Counted from the stretch's first letter, positions 27,265 through 37,306 are shown. The stretch: 64,000 nt of DNA from Bacteroidales bacterium (GCA_017455065.1 JAFTBU010000010.1:31028-95027); one strand, 5' to 3'. Program-made: numbers and translations. Notes: generated by a model from the letters alone, not told the origin.

Positions 27265-27527
27265 AAATTAAAGAAGGATTCAGGCTCCGCACCATCTGCG
27301 GGGAGAACATAGTGGTGGGCGAAGGCCTGTCGCAGGTCAATTTCAACAAGATGATAGTCCTCAACGACTCCGCCGCCTTCCTCTTCGGAGAGGTGCAGGG
27401 CAGGGAATTCACAGCCGAGACCCTGGCGGAACTGCTGGAAGGCAGGTACGAAGTGGACCACGAGACCGCCCTGAGGGACTCCCGCATCATCGTGGACAAA
27501 TGGAAGGACGCCGGTATAGCCCAGTAA
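27261..27527 (+). CDS. PqqD-family / RiPP recognition element (RRE) protein, 88 aa
   Basis: Size, beta-strand N-terminus (MKIKEGFRLRTICGENIVV), LNDSAAFLF and YEVDHETALRD helices are typical of stand-alone PqqD proteins. Confidence 0.82.
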   Translation: MKIKEGFRLRTICGENIVVGEGLSQVNFNKMIVLNDSAAFLFGEVQGREFTAETLAELLEGRYEVDHETALRDSRIIVDKWKDAGIAQ

Positions 27528-27528
27528 G

Positions 27529-29169
27529 ATGAAGAATTTTTCCAGCTGTTTCAGAGGGCTTCTCGACATGATACGCCCGGTCCGGAGGAAGGTGTGGGTC
27601 ATCGTCCTCACCGGCATCGTGCTCGTGGCGGTGTCCCTGCTGTTCGTCTGGATCTCCAAACATGTCGTCGACATAGCTACATCCAAGGCTGAAGGTTCCC
27701 TGGACCGGGCCGTGATCCTCATGGCCGGGGTGATGCTGCTGCAGCTGGCCCTGCGGGTCTTTTCCAACTACTGGAAAGGCCTGGTGGAGGTGGACACCCG
27801 CAACCGCCTCACCGCCGGATATTTCGGCAAGGTGATGCGCAGCGCCTGGAACGGCCAGGACCGTTTCCACAGCGGCGACACCGTCAACCGCCTCGAGGAG
27901 GACATACGCGTGTGCGTGGATTTCATAGTCTCCAGCCTGCCGGATTTCCTGGTCACGGTGGTCCAGCTGGTGGCTGCCTCGGTGTTCCTTTTCATCCTGG
28001 CGCCTTCGCTGACCTGGGTGCTCCTCATCATCATGCCCGTCGCCGTGCTGGGAAGCCGTCTGTTCTTCAGGAAGATGCGCTCCATCACAGGAGAGATAAG
28101 GGCCCTGGACAGCCGTATCCAGGGATATATGCAGGAAAACATCCAGCACAGGATACTGGTCCGCACCCTGAAATGCACCCGCTGGGTCCTGGGACATCTT
28201 ACCGGTCTCCAGAAGGATGTGCGCGGCAAGACCGTCTCCCGCCTGAGCTACAGCGCGGTGTCCCGGGCCTTCATGGGGCTGGGTTTCGCCGCAGGCTATG
28301 CCACGGTCTTCTTCTGGAGCGTCTATGGCCTCAGGAACGGCACGGTGACCTACGGTCTGATGACAGCCTTCCTGCAGCTGGCGGGACAGGTCCAGAGGCC
28401 GGTGGCTGATATGGCCCGCCAGATCCCGGCATTCATCAGGGCGCTTTCCTCCACCGAAAGGCTGATGGAACTCTCCGAATTGCCGGAGGCAGGAAACGGG
28501 GAGGACATCCTGCTGCCCGGCGCCCCCGGCATCCTGGTGACAGGTCTGGGCTTCTCCTATCCCGATGTGCCAGAACCTGTCCTGAAAGACCTGGACTTCG
28601 ATTTCAAGCCCGGCACCATGACCGTGATCGAGGGACCTACCGGCGTGGGCAAAAGCACCCTGCTCAAACTTATGCTGTCCCTGCTGAAGCCGGTTTCCGG
28701 CAAGGTGGAACTCTACGATCCGCCGACCCCCGTCAGCGAGGAGACTCTGTGCAATTTCATGTATGTCCCCCAGGGCAACAGCCTCATGAGCGGCACCATA
28801 CGCGACAACCTCCGCCTGGCCATGCCGGACGCGGATGAGGAAAGGATGCTGGAAGTGCTGCACCTGGCAGCGGCCGATTTCGTGAAGGAACTCCCGGACG
28901 GACTGGACACGGTCTGCTCCGAAGTCGGAGGGGGATTGAGCGAGGGCCAGGCCCAGAGGATAGCCATCGCGAGGGCGCTCCTGCGTCCCGGCGGCATCCT
29001 GCTGCTGGACGAAGCCACTTCAGCCCTCGATCCCGAGACTGAGAAAGTGATGCTGGAAAGGATAAGCGGGGCGTTCCGCCGTACGAAGACCATCATCTGC
29101 ATCACCCACAGGCCTGCAGCTTCGGTCTATGCGGACTCAGTACTGACCCTTGGGCTCCCTGTCGAATAA
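27529..29169 (+). CDS. ABC exporter, fused TMD and NBD (no C39 domain)
   Basis: TM helices, GPTGVGKST, LSEGQAQR and LLLDEATSALD. Confidence 0.92.
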   Translation: MKNFSSCFRGLLDMIRPVRRKVWVIVLTGIVLVAVSLLFVWISKHVVDIATSKAEGSLDRAVILMAGVMLLQLALRVFSNYWKGLVEVDTRNRLTAGYFGKVMRSAWNGQDRFHSGDTVNRLEEDIRVCVDFIVSSLPDFLVTVVQLVAASVFLFILAPSLTWVLLIIMPVAVLGSRLFFRKMRSITGEIRALDSRIQGYMQENIQHRILVRTLKCTRWVLGHLTGLQKDVRGKTVSRLSYSAVSRAFMGLGFAAGYATVFFWSVYGLRNGTVTYGLMTAFLQLAGQVQRPVADMARQIPAFIRALSSTERLMELSELPEAGNGEDILLPGAPGILVTGLGFSYPDVPEPVLKDLDFDFKPGTMTVIEGPTGVGKSTLLKLMLSLLKPVSGKVELYDPPTPVSEETLCNFMYVPQGNSLMSGTIRDNLRLAMPDADEERMLEVLHLAAADFVKELPDGLDTVCSEVGGGLSEGQAQRIAIARALLRPGGILLLDEATSALDPETEKVMLERISGAFRRTKTIICITHRPAASVYADSVLTLGLPVE

Positions 29170-29670
29170 GCGTATCAGGAGGTTGGCGGGGAATGACTCG
29201 GCCGTTTCCTCGTACCTGTCCGCCGCCATGTCATAGACTTCGCAGGCGTTCACTATCTTTTCGTGGCAGTCCGAGAGCATGCCGTCCAGATTCTTGAACC
29301 CTTCGTTTTCCATGAGCTCTTCGCAAGAGGAAAGCTGTGAGCGGAAACTGTCGATTTCCTCATCGAGATCTTGCTGGATCTCCCTGAAAGCGTCCAGATT
29401 GTCCTGGCTGAGGTCTTCGGGGACGAAATTTGCGGCGGTTTCCCTGGCCTTCAGCAGTTTTTCGGAGGAGATGCTGTCCAGCTGGGGATAGTCCCTGACG
29501 CAGGCGATGAGGCTGGGGATCAGGTCCACCCGGCGTATGCAGTTGCTCTCCACCAGGTTCCATGCATCCAGGACATCGTCCTCGGCTTCCCTCAGATGAG
29601 CCCATGCTCCGGCGCCCCATGCCGCCAGGACACCGAGTGCCACCACCAGGATGAAAAGGATTTTCTTCAC
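29137..29670 (-). CDS. LemA family protein
   Basis: N-terminal TM, RRVDLIPSL, and YEETAESFPANLLIRLF C-terminus. Confidence 0.8.
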   Translation of the reverse strand: MKKILFILVVALGVLAAWGAGAWAHLREAEDDVLDAWNLVESNCIRRVDLIPSLIACVRDYPQLDSISSEKLLKARETAANFVPEDLSQDNLDAFREIQQDLDEEIDSFRSQLSSCEELMENEGFKNLDGMLSDCHEKIVNACEVYDMAADRYEETAESFPANLLIRLFDREPKGQY

Positions 29671-29674
29671 GGCT

Positions 29675-30685
29675 TTATTGGGCGTTGCGGACGCAGCGTA
29701 CCGGGATGGAGAAATACTCTTCGTCGGCGGTTCCTACCAGCACGTCGCCGCAGTCATGATAAATGCTCCTGTAGACTCCGGAGCCGTCTTTTTCATCTGA
29801 AGTCCAGAAGAAGGAACGGACGTTGAAATCCTTGAATTTGTGGGAAGAGCCTTCGACCACATAGCCTGTGGGGATGGCGCAGAAACTGGATTTGTCCGTG
29901 ATGTCCACATTCCTCCAATAGGTCCACATGCGCTTTCCGAGGAAAGTGGCGTTGGCCATCAGGTCTCCCGCCAAGCCCTTGAAATCCTGGAAAGGAGCTG
30001 CGTCGCTGCAGCCCAGGGCCTTGGCCAGGGAAACGAAGTCCTCCTCGCTCGGAAGCCTCCATCCGTCGGGGCAGACCACCTGTGCCTGCTTCCAGTTGTA
30101 GTATCTTCCCATGACTTTGTCGAGAGCCTTGCTGTCGGAGTAGGAATAGCCCATGGAGAAGTCCCTGACGTTCTGGCGGAACCAGTCCAGGTCTCCGATG
30201 CGGGTGTAGTAATACTCCTCCCCGTCCGCGGTGATGATGGATTTGTCAGTGGGCTTGATATTGTGGGCCTGCAGACAGCCGGTCTGGAGGTCGTTGTCGA
30301 TGATGGTGAATTCGGCGTACACCGAGCGGTCGTAGTAGCCGCTGGCGAAGGCGGTGACCACTGCAGTGTAGGAGCCGAGCTTGCTGCCCATCACCACCGT
30401 GACAGGCTCGGGGACCTTGGATTCGGTGTCGTACTTGACGGTGTCCAGCTTCTCGGTGAAAGGATCCCTGAAGATGTATCCCACTTCACCTCCGTCATTC
30501 CTGCTCATGCCCTCGAAAGTGACGACATATTTGTCGCCGGGCAGCACATAGGTCGGGATGCTGGTGGTCAGGTTGCCGGTCAGGGACAGCTTGGTGACAG
30601 TATCGTCCTCATCTTCCTTCTTGCATCCGGCCAGTACGGCGAGACCCAGCAGGAAGATCGTCAAGTATTTGAAACTATTCTTCAT
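29675..30685 (-). CDS. Lipoprotein with Fibrobacter succinogenes major paralogous (FISUMP) domain
   Basis: LAGC lipobox; IGDLDWFRQN, GRYYNW, CPDGWRLPS, FFWTS and VRCVR. Confidence 0.85.
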   Translation of the reverse strand: MKNSFKYLTIFLLGLAVLAGCKKEDEDDTVTKLSLTGNLTTSIPTYVLPGDKYVVTFEGMSRNDGGEVGYIFRDPFTEKLDTVKYDTESKVPEPVTVVMGSKLGSYTAVVTAFASGYYDRSVYAEFTIIDNDLQTGCLQAHNIKPTDKSIITADGEEYYYTRIGDLDWFRQNVRDFSMGYSYSDSKALDKVMGRYYNWKQAQVVCPDGWRLPSEEDFVSLAKALGCSDAAPFQDFKGLAGDLMANATFLGKRMWTYWRNVDITDKSSFCAIPTGYVVEGSSHKFKDFNVRSFFWTSDEKDGSGVYRSIYHDCGDVLVGTADEEYFSIPVRCVRNAQ

Positions 30686-30735
30686 TCCGTATCTTTACAA
30701 CTCGCAAATATCGTCATTTTTGTGCAAAAAACCGC

Positions 30736-30743
30736 TATCTTTG
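30736..30743 (+). promoter_or_regulatory. -7 element TATCTTTG for apbE
   Basis: TAnnTTTG match upstream of GTG 30763. Confidence 0.5.
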
Positions 30744-30762
30744 AGGCAAATACTTTGCCAAA

Positions 30763-31713
30763 GTGAAGATTGTACCGAGAATACTCTGCCTGGCGGTTCT
30801 GCTGCTGCTTGTGCTCTCCTGCAGCCGCGGGCGCTACGTCTCCGTGGGAGGCTATGCCCAGGGCGGGGTATATACGGTCAAATATTGCACCGCAGGTGTC
30901 TCCATGGGGCCTTCAGCCGTCAGGGACAGCATCGACGCCCTGCTCAGGGAGATCGACTTCTCCGTGTCCGGGTACAACAAGGCCTCCATCCTCTCCCGCT
31001 ACAATGCCGGGGAGACGGTGACCCCCGACCGGCACTTCGCCGCCCTGCAGTCCGTCTCCCGGGATTATCACGAGCTCACCGGAGGCGCCTTCGATGCGGC
31101 CAGCGCCCCTCTTTTCGACATATGGGGCTTCGGCTTCACCACCGACAGCCTGCCTTCCCCGGAAGCGGTAGCCGCCGCCCTGGAGGAGTGCCGCAGCGGC
31201 CGGAAACTGAATTTCAACGCCATCGCCCAGGGGTACAGCTGCGATGTCGTGGCCGGGTTCCTCCATTCGATAGGGGTGAAGGATATGTTGGTGGACATAG
31301 GCGAAATCTATTGCGAGGGCCTCAATCCCTCGGGCCGGGGCTGGTCCATAGGCATCGACGCCCCCATCGACGGCAATATGAGCCCGGGGGAGAATCTCAG
31401 CGGCATCTGGACTTCGGACGGCCGCCCCTGCGGGGTGGTGACTTCCGGCAATTACCGCAAATTCTATATAAAAGACGGCAGGAAATATTCCCACACCATC
31501 GACCCCCGCACCGGCTATCCTGTCACCCACGACCTGCTGAGCGCCACCGTCGTGGCACCGACCGCCACCGAGGCTGACGCCCTGGCCACCGCCTGCATGG
31601 TGATGGGGCCTGAAGAGGCGAAGGCTTTCATACTTGCCCGGGACGGCGTCGAGGCCTGCCTCATCTCCTCCGGCGGGGTCTGGTCTTCCCCCGGATTCAC
31701 ATTGAAGAAATAA
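30763..31713 (+). CDS. apbE: FAD:protein FMN transferase
   Basis: LSC lipobox, NFNAIAQGY, VDIGEI, TSGNYRK, IDPRTGYP and ADALATA. Confidence 0.93.
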   Translation: MKIVPRILCLAVLLLLVLSCSRGRYVSVGGYAQGGVYTVKYCTAGVSMGPSAVRDSIDALLREIDFSVSGYNKASILSRYNAGETVTPDRHFAALQSVSRDYHELTGGAFDAASAPLFDIWGFGFTTDSLPSPEAVAAALEECRSGRKLNFNAIAQGYSCDVVAGFLHSIGVKDMLVDIGEIYCEGLNPSGRGWSIGIDAPIDGNMSPGENLSGIWTSDGRPCGVVTSGNYRKFYIKDGRKYSHTIDPRTGYPVTHDLLSATVVAPTATEADALATACMVMGPEEAKAFILARDGVEACLISSGGVWSSPGFTLKK

Positions 31714-32770
31714 TCTCCAGACTCTTCACCAGCCATACGCAGATGGTGTCGGTAAGGTTCACCAGGGCTCCTGGGCATATCCCCATGGCGCTCAGGACCA
31801 CTGTCAGCAGGGCGCAGACCATCAGGGCCTCCGTCAGCGGGAGCGCCAGCAGATTGGTCAGCAGGAAATAGCGCGGGAAGGTGTGGAAACGCAGCCACAC
31901 CAGAGGAGCCGTGAAAACCTGGCAGGAGATGCTCAGGGCGGCCGAGCTCCATATCGTCTTCATCAAACCCCGCTTCCCGGGATACCATCCGTCCAGGACG
32001 GGGAACAGCACTGATATGCCGCACATCGCCAGATATGAGAGCTGGAAGCCCAGGGACCCTATCACCTCGGGGGAGAAGAGCAGTTGCAGGGTCAGGGCGG
32101 CGCAGAGCAGGGCCGCGGGAGAGCGCCTCCGCTCCGGGTGCAGTCGCAGCAACTCATTGAAACAGATATAGATGAATGCCCTTACAATGGAGGGGGACGC
32201 CCCTGTCATCAGGGTGTAGAATCCGCAGAGTCCCACCGTCACCGCGCCCCTGAAGACGAAGGCGCCCCGGGAGCGCCCGGCCAGGGCGAGGATGCGGGAG
32301 ACCGCAAGGTATATCACCCCCAGGTGGAGTCCCGAGAGGGCGAGGATGTGTGAGGCGCCGCTGCTGCGGAAAGTCTGGGTGACGGCGGGGTCCAGGGTCT
32401 CGCGCCGCCCGGTCAGCAGGGCCTTGAGCAGATCCCCGGTCCCGCTGTGCTGGAAGGGGATGCCGTCTATGACGGCGGTGAATGCGGCCATGCACCTACC
32501 TGCGGGCTCTTCCAGGGGGTTCATCCCGACGGTCAGCCCCCGGGACAGGGTCGCGCAGGCGAGACTGAAGGCTCCCAGGCAGAAATACAGCAGGATGATT
32601 CCGGGGGTGCAGCGGCCTGGCCGGATGGCGCACAAGGCCAGAATCGCGGCCGAAAGCGGTAGCGCCACGGCTGCGACCAGGAAACTGTGCCCGAGCAATC
32701 CTGCAACCACGACCCCGGCTGCAAGTGGAATGGTGACTGCCCCGATGTCTCTCACCTCGTCCATTGTCAT
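31697..32770 (-). CDS. ComEC/Rec2 family competence membrane protein
   Basis: SGASHILALSGLHLG, PSIVRA and GFQLSYLA; many TM segments. Confidence 0.9.
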   Translation of the reverse strand: MTMDEVRDIGAVTIPLAAGVVVAGLLGHSFLVAAVALPLSAAILALCAIRPGRCTPGIILLYFCLGAFSLACATLSRGLTVGMNPLEEPAGRCMAAFTAVIDGIPFQHSGTGDLLKALLTGRRETLDPAVTQTFRSSGASHILALSGLHLGVIYLAVSRILALAGRSRGAFVFRGAVTVGLCGFYTLMTGASPSIVRAFIYICFNELLRLHPERRRSPAALLCAALTLQLLFSPEVIGSLGFQLSYLAMCGISVLFPVLDGWYPGKRGLMKTIWSSAALSISCQVFTAPLVWLRFHTFPRYFLLTNLLALPLTEALMVCALLTVVLSAMGICPGALVNLTDTICVWLVKSLEIISSM

Positions 32771-32798
32771 TCCTTTTTGGCAATATACGCTTTTTTGC

Positions 32799-32806
32799 TA
32801 AATTTG
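32799..32806 (+). promoter_or_regulatory. -7 element TAAATTTG for ackA
   Basis: TAnnTTTG match 19 nt before the ATG. Confidence 0.6.
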
Positions 32807-32825
32807 CGTACTTAAAAATACTGAT

Positions 32826-34040
32826 ATGATTATTCTTGTTATCAATTGCGGTAGTTCTTCCATCAAGTACCAGCTGCTTGACATGAAGAATGATGACGTG
32901 TACGATCTCCTGGCCAAGGGTCTCGTCGAAAAGATCGGTCTTCCTCTCGGATGCATCACGCACAAGCCTACAGGCAAGACTCCTGTGGTGAAGGAGCTCC
33001 CCATCGAAGACCACAAGGTAGGTATGAAACTCGTCCTCGACGCCCTGGTGGACCCCGTCCACGGCGTGCTGAAGAGTTTCGATGACATCGAGGCCGTAGG
33101 GCACAGGATCGTGCAGGGTGCCGACTATTTCTCCGGCAGCGCCCTGGTCAACGACGACGTCATTTCCAAGATCGAGATATGCTGCGACTATGCTCCGCTT
33201 CACAATCCCGCCCACCTGCTGGGTATCCATGCCATCTCGCATGTGCTGCCCTCGGTGCCGCAGGTCGTGACCTTCGATACGGCATTCCACCAGACCATGC
33301 CGGAGCATGCCTACATGTACGCCCTTCCGTATGAGTATTACGAGAAGTATCATGTCCGCCGTTACGGTGCCCACGGCACCTCCCACCAGTATGTCTCCCA
33401 GAGGGGAGCCAAGCTGGCCGGCCTTAATCTCGGCAAGTCCAGGATCATCACCTGCCACCTGGGCAACGGCAGTTCCATCACCGCAGTGGAGAACGGCAAA
33501 TGCCTCGACACTTCCATGGGTTTCACCCCTCTCGAGGGTATGATCATGGGTACCAGGTGCGGCAACATCGACGCCAACATCGTCCCCTATATCATGAAGA
33601 AGGAGAATCTCACTCCCGACCAGATGACCGAAGTCATGAACAAGAAGAGCGGCTTCCTGGGACTCTCAGGAAAGAGCTCCGACCTTCGTGACATGAACGA
33701 ACTCGCCATCGCAGGGGACCACAGGGCCAAGATAGTGCTCAAGAAGCTCACCTACGACATCATCAAGAACATCGGCGCCTTCGTGGCCGAGCTGAACGGT
33801 GTCGACATGATCATCTTCACCGCCGGCATAGGCGAAAACAACGCCAGGCTGCGCCGCAGGGTCTGCGAGAACCTCTCCTACCTGGGTGTCAAGATCGATG
33901 ACAATGCCAACGAGAACGCCCGCGGCGAGACCATCATCTCCACTCCGGACTCCAAGGTCATCGTGGCCATGATCCCTACGGACGAAGAGCTCGTGATCGC
34001 ACGCGACACGATGCACATCGTTTCCGATCTGGACGACTAA
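32826..34040 (+). CDS. ackA: Acetate kinase
   Basis: INCGSSSIK, GHRIV, APLHNP, FDTAFH, YGAHGTSH, HLGNGSS, GTRCG and PTDEE. Confidence 0.97.
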   Translation: MIILVINCGSSSIKYQLLDMKNDDVYDLLAKGLVEKIGLPLGCITHKPTGKTPVVKELPIEDHKVGMKLVLDALVDPVHGVLKSFDDIEAVGHRIVQGADYFSGSALVNDDVISKIEICCDYAPLHNPAHLLGIHAISHVLPSVPQVVTFDTAFHQTMPEHAYMYALPYEYYEKYHVRRYGAHGTSHQYVSQRGAKLAGLNLGKSRIITCHLGNGSSITAVENGKCLDTSMGFTPLEGMIMGTRCGNIDANIVPYIMKKENLTPDQMTEVMNKKSGFLGLSGKSSDLRDMNELAIAGDHRAKIVLKKLTYDIIKNIGAFVAELNGVDMIIFTAGIGENNARLRRRVCENLSYLGVKIDDNANENARGETIISTPDSKVIVAMIPTDEELVIARDTMHIVSDLDD

Positions 34041-35308
34041 TAGTGGAATAAATCACGCTTAGGAAGCAGGGGAGAGAATTCTTCCCTGCTTTTTTCGAAC
34101 AATGCGGCGATCTCCCTGGTGAATCGGCTGCCCTTGTTGCTGCTGGTGTTGGTGACCATGATCCAGCATTCGCCGTCGGGGAAGTGCTGGATGAGGGCGC
34201 TGGTGCCCGAGAGGGTGCCGGTGCGCCACCATACTCCGTGTTCGTCCGAATTGATCCATCCCATGGGGAAGGTCAGGCTGTCCACCTCGGCGGTCATCTC
34301 ATCCACGCTCATCCGGCTGAGGATGTCCTGGACGGGGCCCCCGCCGTCTATGCTGGCGACCAGCCGGGCCAATTCGGGGGTGGAAGCCACCCATGCGCCG
34401 GCGCCGGAAAGGGCCTCGATATCATTGCCCCCGTAGGGCCGTGAGACCTTCTCTCCGTCGCCCGCGATGCTGTCCGCGGGCTTGTCCCCTTTGTAAGGAT
34501 AATAATGCGGCTCCGAAGGAAGCCTGTCGGCATACCAGTTGTGCCCGAGGTGCATGTCGAAACAGCCTGCGGGGCGGAGGACATTGCGCTGCATCCAGGC
34601 TTCGTAATCCTCTCCGGTGACTTTTTCGATGATGCGCACCAGCAGCAGGTAGCCGAGGTTGGAGTATTCGGATTCCGTGCCGGGGGTGAATTCCAGCGGC
34701 CGGCCGAGCTCTATCCTGATGATCTGGTCTCCCGTGGGGGTGCGGTCGAAGCCGTAGCGCTTCATTAATTTGACGGTGTAGAACAGGGGGTCGTAAACCT
34801 TGCAGGTGAATCCGCCCTCGTGCCTTAGCAGGTGCCTGACTGTAATCTGCTCATAGCGCCTGTCGGTGTAGCAGCCGTTGAACTGGGTGAGTATCCCGCC
34901 TTTTCCGAACACCTTGTCATCCAGGCTGAGCATGCCTTTCTCCCGGAGGGTCATGATGCCCACGGCGGTGATGAGTTTCGAGACCGATGCGACCCTGAGA
35001 GTCATGTCCGGCCTCATCTCGGTCTTCTTTTCGACATCGGCCCAGCCGTAGCCCTTGGCATAGACCAGCGAGTCTCCGCGGGTGATGGCCAGGGAGACGC
35101 CGTTGATGCGCCATTTGTCCAGGAAGGCGAGGATGCTGTCGTCGAGGGGCTTCAGCTCCCTGATATCCGACATTTCGTTGGTGAGGGAAGAGTTGAGGAA
35201 TACGGGTATCCTGGGCAGGTCTGCACCCGCCTTCTCCCGCCTGGCGCAGCCCGGCAGGAGGAAGATCCCCAGGAGAACTCCCAGGATTATTCCCCGAGAT
35301 ATCCGCAT
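34037..35308 (-). CDS. Serine hydrolase, beta-lactamase/class C-like family, lipoprotein
   Basis: LPGC lipobox, ASVSK (SxxK), YSNLGY and RTG. Confidence 0.88.
   Translation of the reverse strand: MRISRGIILGVLLGIFLLPGCARREKAGADLPRIPVFLNSSLTNEMSDIRELKPLDDSILAFLDKWRINGVSLAITRGDSLVYAKGYGWADVEKKTEMRPDMTLRVASVSKLITAVGIMTLREKGMLSLDDKVFGKGGILTQFNGCYTDRRYEQITVRHLLRHEGGFTCKVYDPLFYTVKLMKRYGFDRTPTGDQIIRIELGRPLEFTPGTESEYSNLGYLLLVRIIEKVTGEDYEAWMQRNVLRPAGCFDMHLGHNWYADRLPSEPHYYPYKGDKPADSIAGDGEKVSRPYGGNDIEALSGAGAWVASTPELARLVASIDGGGPVQDILSRMSVDEMTAEVDSLTFPMGWINSDEHGVWWRTGTLSGTSALIQHFPDGECWIMVTNTSSNKGSRFTREIAALFEKSREEFSPLLPKRDLFHY
34064..34095 (+). terminator. Intrinsic terminator for ackA, lying inside the 3' end of the convergent gene
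   Basis: AAGCAGGGGAG-AGAATT-CTTCCCTGCTT followed by TTTT. Confidence 0.75.
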
Positions 35309-35904
35309 TTGCGTCCGAAGTCGATGATGAATTCCGCGGTGCCCCGGAATCCCAATATGGAGGAATCGATGCAGAGGTCATAGTTGGAAGCGACCCCCCA
35401 ATTGTCCCCGAAAGTGTAGAAATTGTAATAGTCGGACCTGGATTTGTCTTTGCGCCGTATCAGCTTTTCGGCCTCGTCCCCGCTTATGGAGAGACGCCCG
35501 GCGACATTGCGTATGCGCTCCTCCATGGGAGCACTGATGAATACGTCCAGGGTGTGCATGTCCCGGAGCACGTAGTCCGAAGCCCGGCCGATGAAGATGG
35601 CGTCGCCTTCCGAGGCTATCTTGCGGATCACGTCGCTCTGCACTTTGAAAAGCTCCTCGTCTGAGAGCAGGTTGTCCGTGGTCTTACCGAATCTGTTGGA
35701 GCCGAAGATGCCCAGGGACAGGAAACTCTTCTTCTCGTCTTTGTCGGAGAAGAATTCCGGCCCGTAGCCTATCTCCTGACCGGCTTTGGAGAGCAGCTCC
35801 CTGTCAAAGACTTTGATGCCGAGCAGTTCGGAGAGATGGTTGGCTATGCTTTTGCCTCCGCTGCCGAACTGTCTGCCTATGGTGATTATCTTGTGACTGT
35901 CCAT
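35287..35904 (-). CDS. Cytidylate kinase-like family protein
   Basis: ITIGRQFGSGG, IFIGRASDY, and NYDLCIDSS. Confidence 0.88.
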   Translation of the reverse strand: MDSHKIITIGRQFGSGGKSIANHLSELLGIKVFDRELLSKAGQEIGYGPEFFSDKDEKKSFLSLGIFGSNRFGKTTDNLLSDEELFKVQSDVIRKIASEGDAIFIGRASDYVLRDMHTLDVFISAPMEERIRNVAGRLSISGDEAEKLIRRKDKSRSDYYNFYTFGDNWGVASNYDLCIDSSILGFRGTAEFIIDFGRKCGYLGE

Positions 35905-35908
35905 GGTC

Positions 35909-37306
35909 TCATTCTACATTGCTGCCCAGGATGTGGGCGTCCTGCCCGTCCTGGAGCCGGTTGAACTTCTTGAACAAATTGACTATCAGTATCGCCGAGA
36001 CGACCACGTTCAGGAGGTCGGAGATAGGGAAACTGATCCAGACCCCGTCTTCCCCCCAGACTCCCGGCAAGGTGTAGATTAAGGGGAGCAGGAAGATCAG
36101 CTGGCGGGATAGCGATAGGAAGATGGATTTCTTGACCATGCCGAGGCATTGGAAGAAATTGGACGAGACCATGCCGAAGCCCACCAGGGCGAAGCCTGCG
36201 TTCATTATCCTCATGCCCCTGGCCGCCTTCTCCGTGAGTGCGGGGTCATTGGTGAAGATGCCGACGGCGGTGTAGGGTATGAGTTCCGACAGCAGGAAGC
36301 AGATGGTCGTGACCAGCAGCTCCCATTTGCAGGTGAGGATGAATATCTCTTTGACGCGCCCGTACTGCCTGGCGCCGTAGTTGTAGCCGGCGATGGGCTG
36401 GAGTCCCTGGTTGAAGCCCATGCAGATCATCGCGAAGAGCATGGTGAAGCGGTTGACTATGCCGTAGGAACCGATGGCCAGGTCACCTCCGTATTTGCGG
36501 AGCTGCTGGTTGATGAAGAGGGCCACCATGCAGGCGGCGCTGTTCATCAGGAAGGGCCCCAGGCCGATGGCGAGGGACTGCCTGGCGATCCTCCAGTCCA
36601 GCTGGAACAGCGGGCGGGGGAAGTGCAGGAAATTGTTCTTGTCCGCCAGGAAGCGGAGCGAATATGTCAGGGCCATCATCTGGCAGAGTACGGTGGCGAT
36701 GGCCGCGCCCCTGATGCCGAGGTCCAGGACGAAGATGAACACAGGGTCCAGGATGGCGTTGGATATCACCGTGAAGAGGGTGAGCCCCATGGCCACCTTG
36801 GGATGGCCGGCCGACCGTATGATGCCGTTGAATCCGAAATACAGGTGGGTGAACACATTGCCCAGCAGTATGATGAACATATAGTCCCTGGCGAAGGGCA
36901 GGGTGTTCTCGCTCGCTCCGAAGAAATACAGGATGGGGTCCAGGAAGGCTATGGTGAGCGCCGTGAAGATCAGGCCTATGATGACGTTCAGGGTGAGCAC
37001 GTTCGAAAGGACCTTGCCTGCGGTGTCGTAGTTTTTCTGGCCCAGCAGGATGGAGATCAGGGTCATGGCTCCGACACCCACCAGGGTGCCCAGGGCGGCC
37101 GAGAGGTTCATCAGGGGGAAGGAGACTGCAAGTCCGCTGATGGCGTAATGGCCGACGTCCTTGATGTGGCCGATATAGACGCTGTCTACGATATTGTACA
37201 AAGAAGCCGCGGTCTGGGCTATGATTCCCGGGACCGCGTACATCTTCAGGAGTGTGCTTATCTTGAGTTTCCCCAGCTCGGTGGGGGCTGCTTTCTGCTC
37301 TGCCAT
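35909..37306 (-). CDS. MATE family efflux transporter
   Basis: 12 TM pattern, YNIVDSVYIG, ILDPVFIF and QPIAGYNYGA. Confidence 0.92.
   Translation of the reverse strand: MAEQKAAPTELGKLKISTLLKMYAVPGIIAQTAASLYNIVDSVYIGHIKDVGHYAISGLAVSFPLMNLSAALGTLVGVGAMTLISILLGQKNYDTAGKVLSNVLTLNVIIGLIFTALTIAFLDPILYFFGASENTLPFARDYMFIILLGNVFTHLYFGFNGIIRSAGHPKVAMGLTLFTVISNAILDPVFIFVLDLGIRGAAIATVLCQMMALTYSLRFLADKNNFLHFPRPLFQLDWRIARQSLAIGLGPFLMNSAACMVALFINQQLRKYGGDLAIGSYGIVNRFTMLFAMICMGFNQGLQPIAGYNYGARQYGRVKEIFILTCKWELLVTTICFLLSELIPYTAVGIFTNDPALTEKAARGMRIMNAGFALVGFGMVSSNFFQCLGMVKKSIFLSLSRQLIFLLPLIYTLPGVWGEDGVWISFPISDLLNVVVSAILIVNLFKKFNRLQDGQDAHILGSNVE

Noticed and set aside
34037-35308. Antibiotic-resistance beta-lactamase
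   Set aside because: SxxK/YxN motifs define only the broad serine hydrolase family; nothing specific supports beta-lactam hydrolysis.
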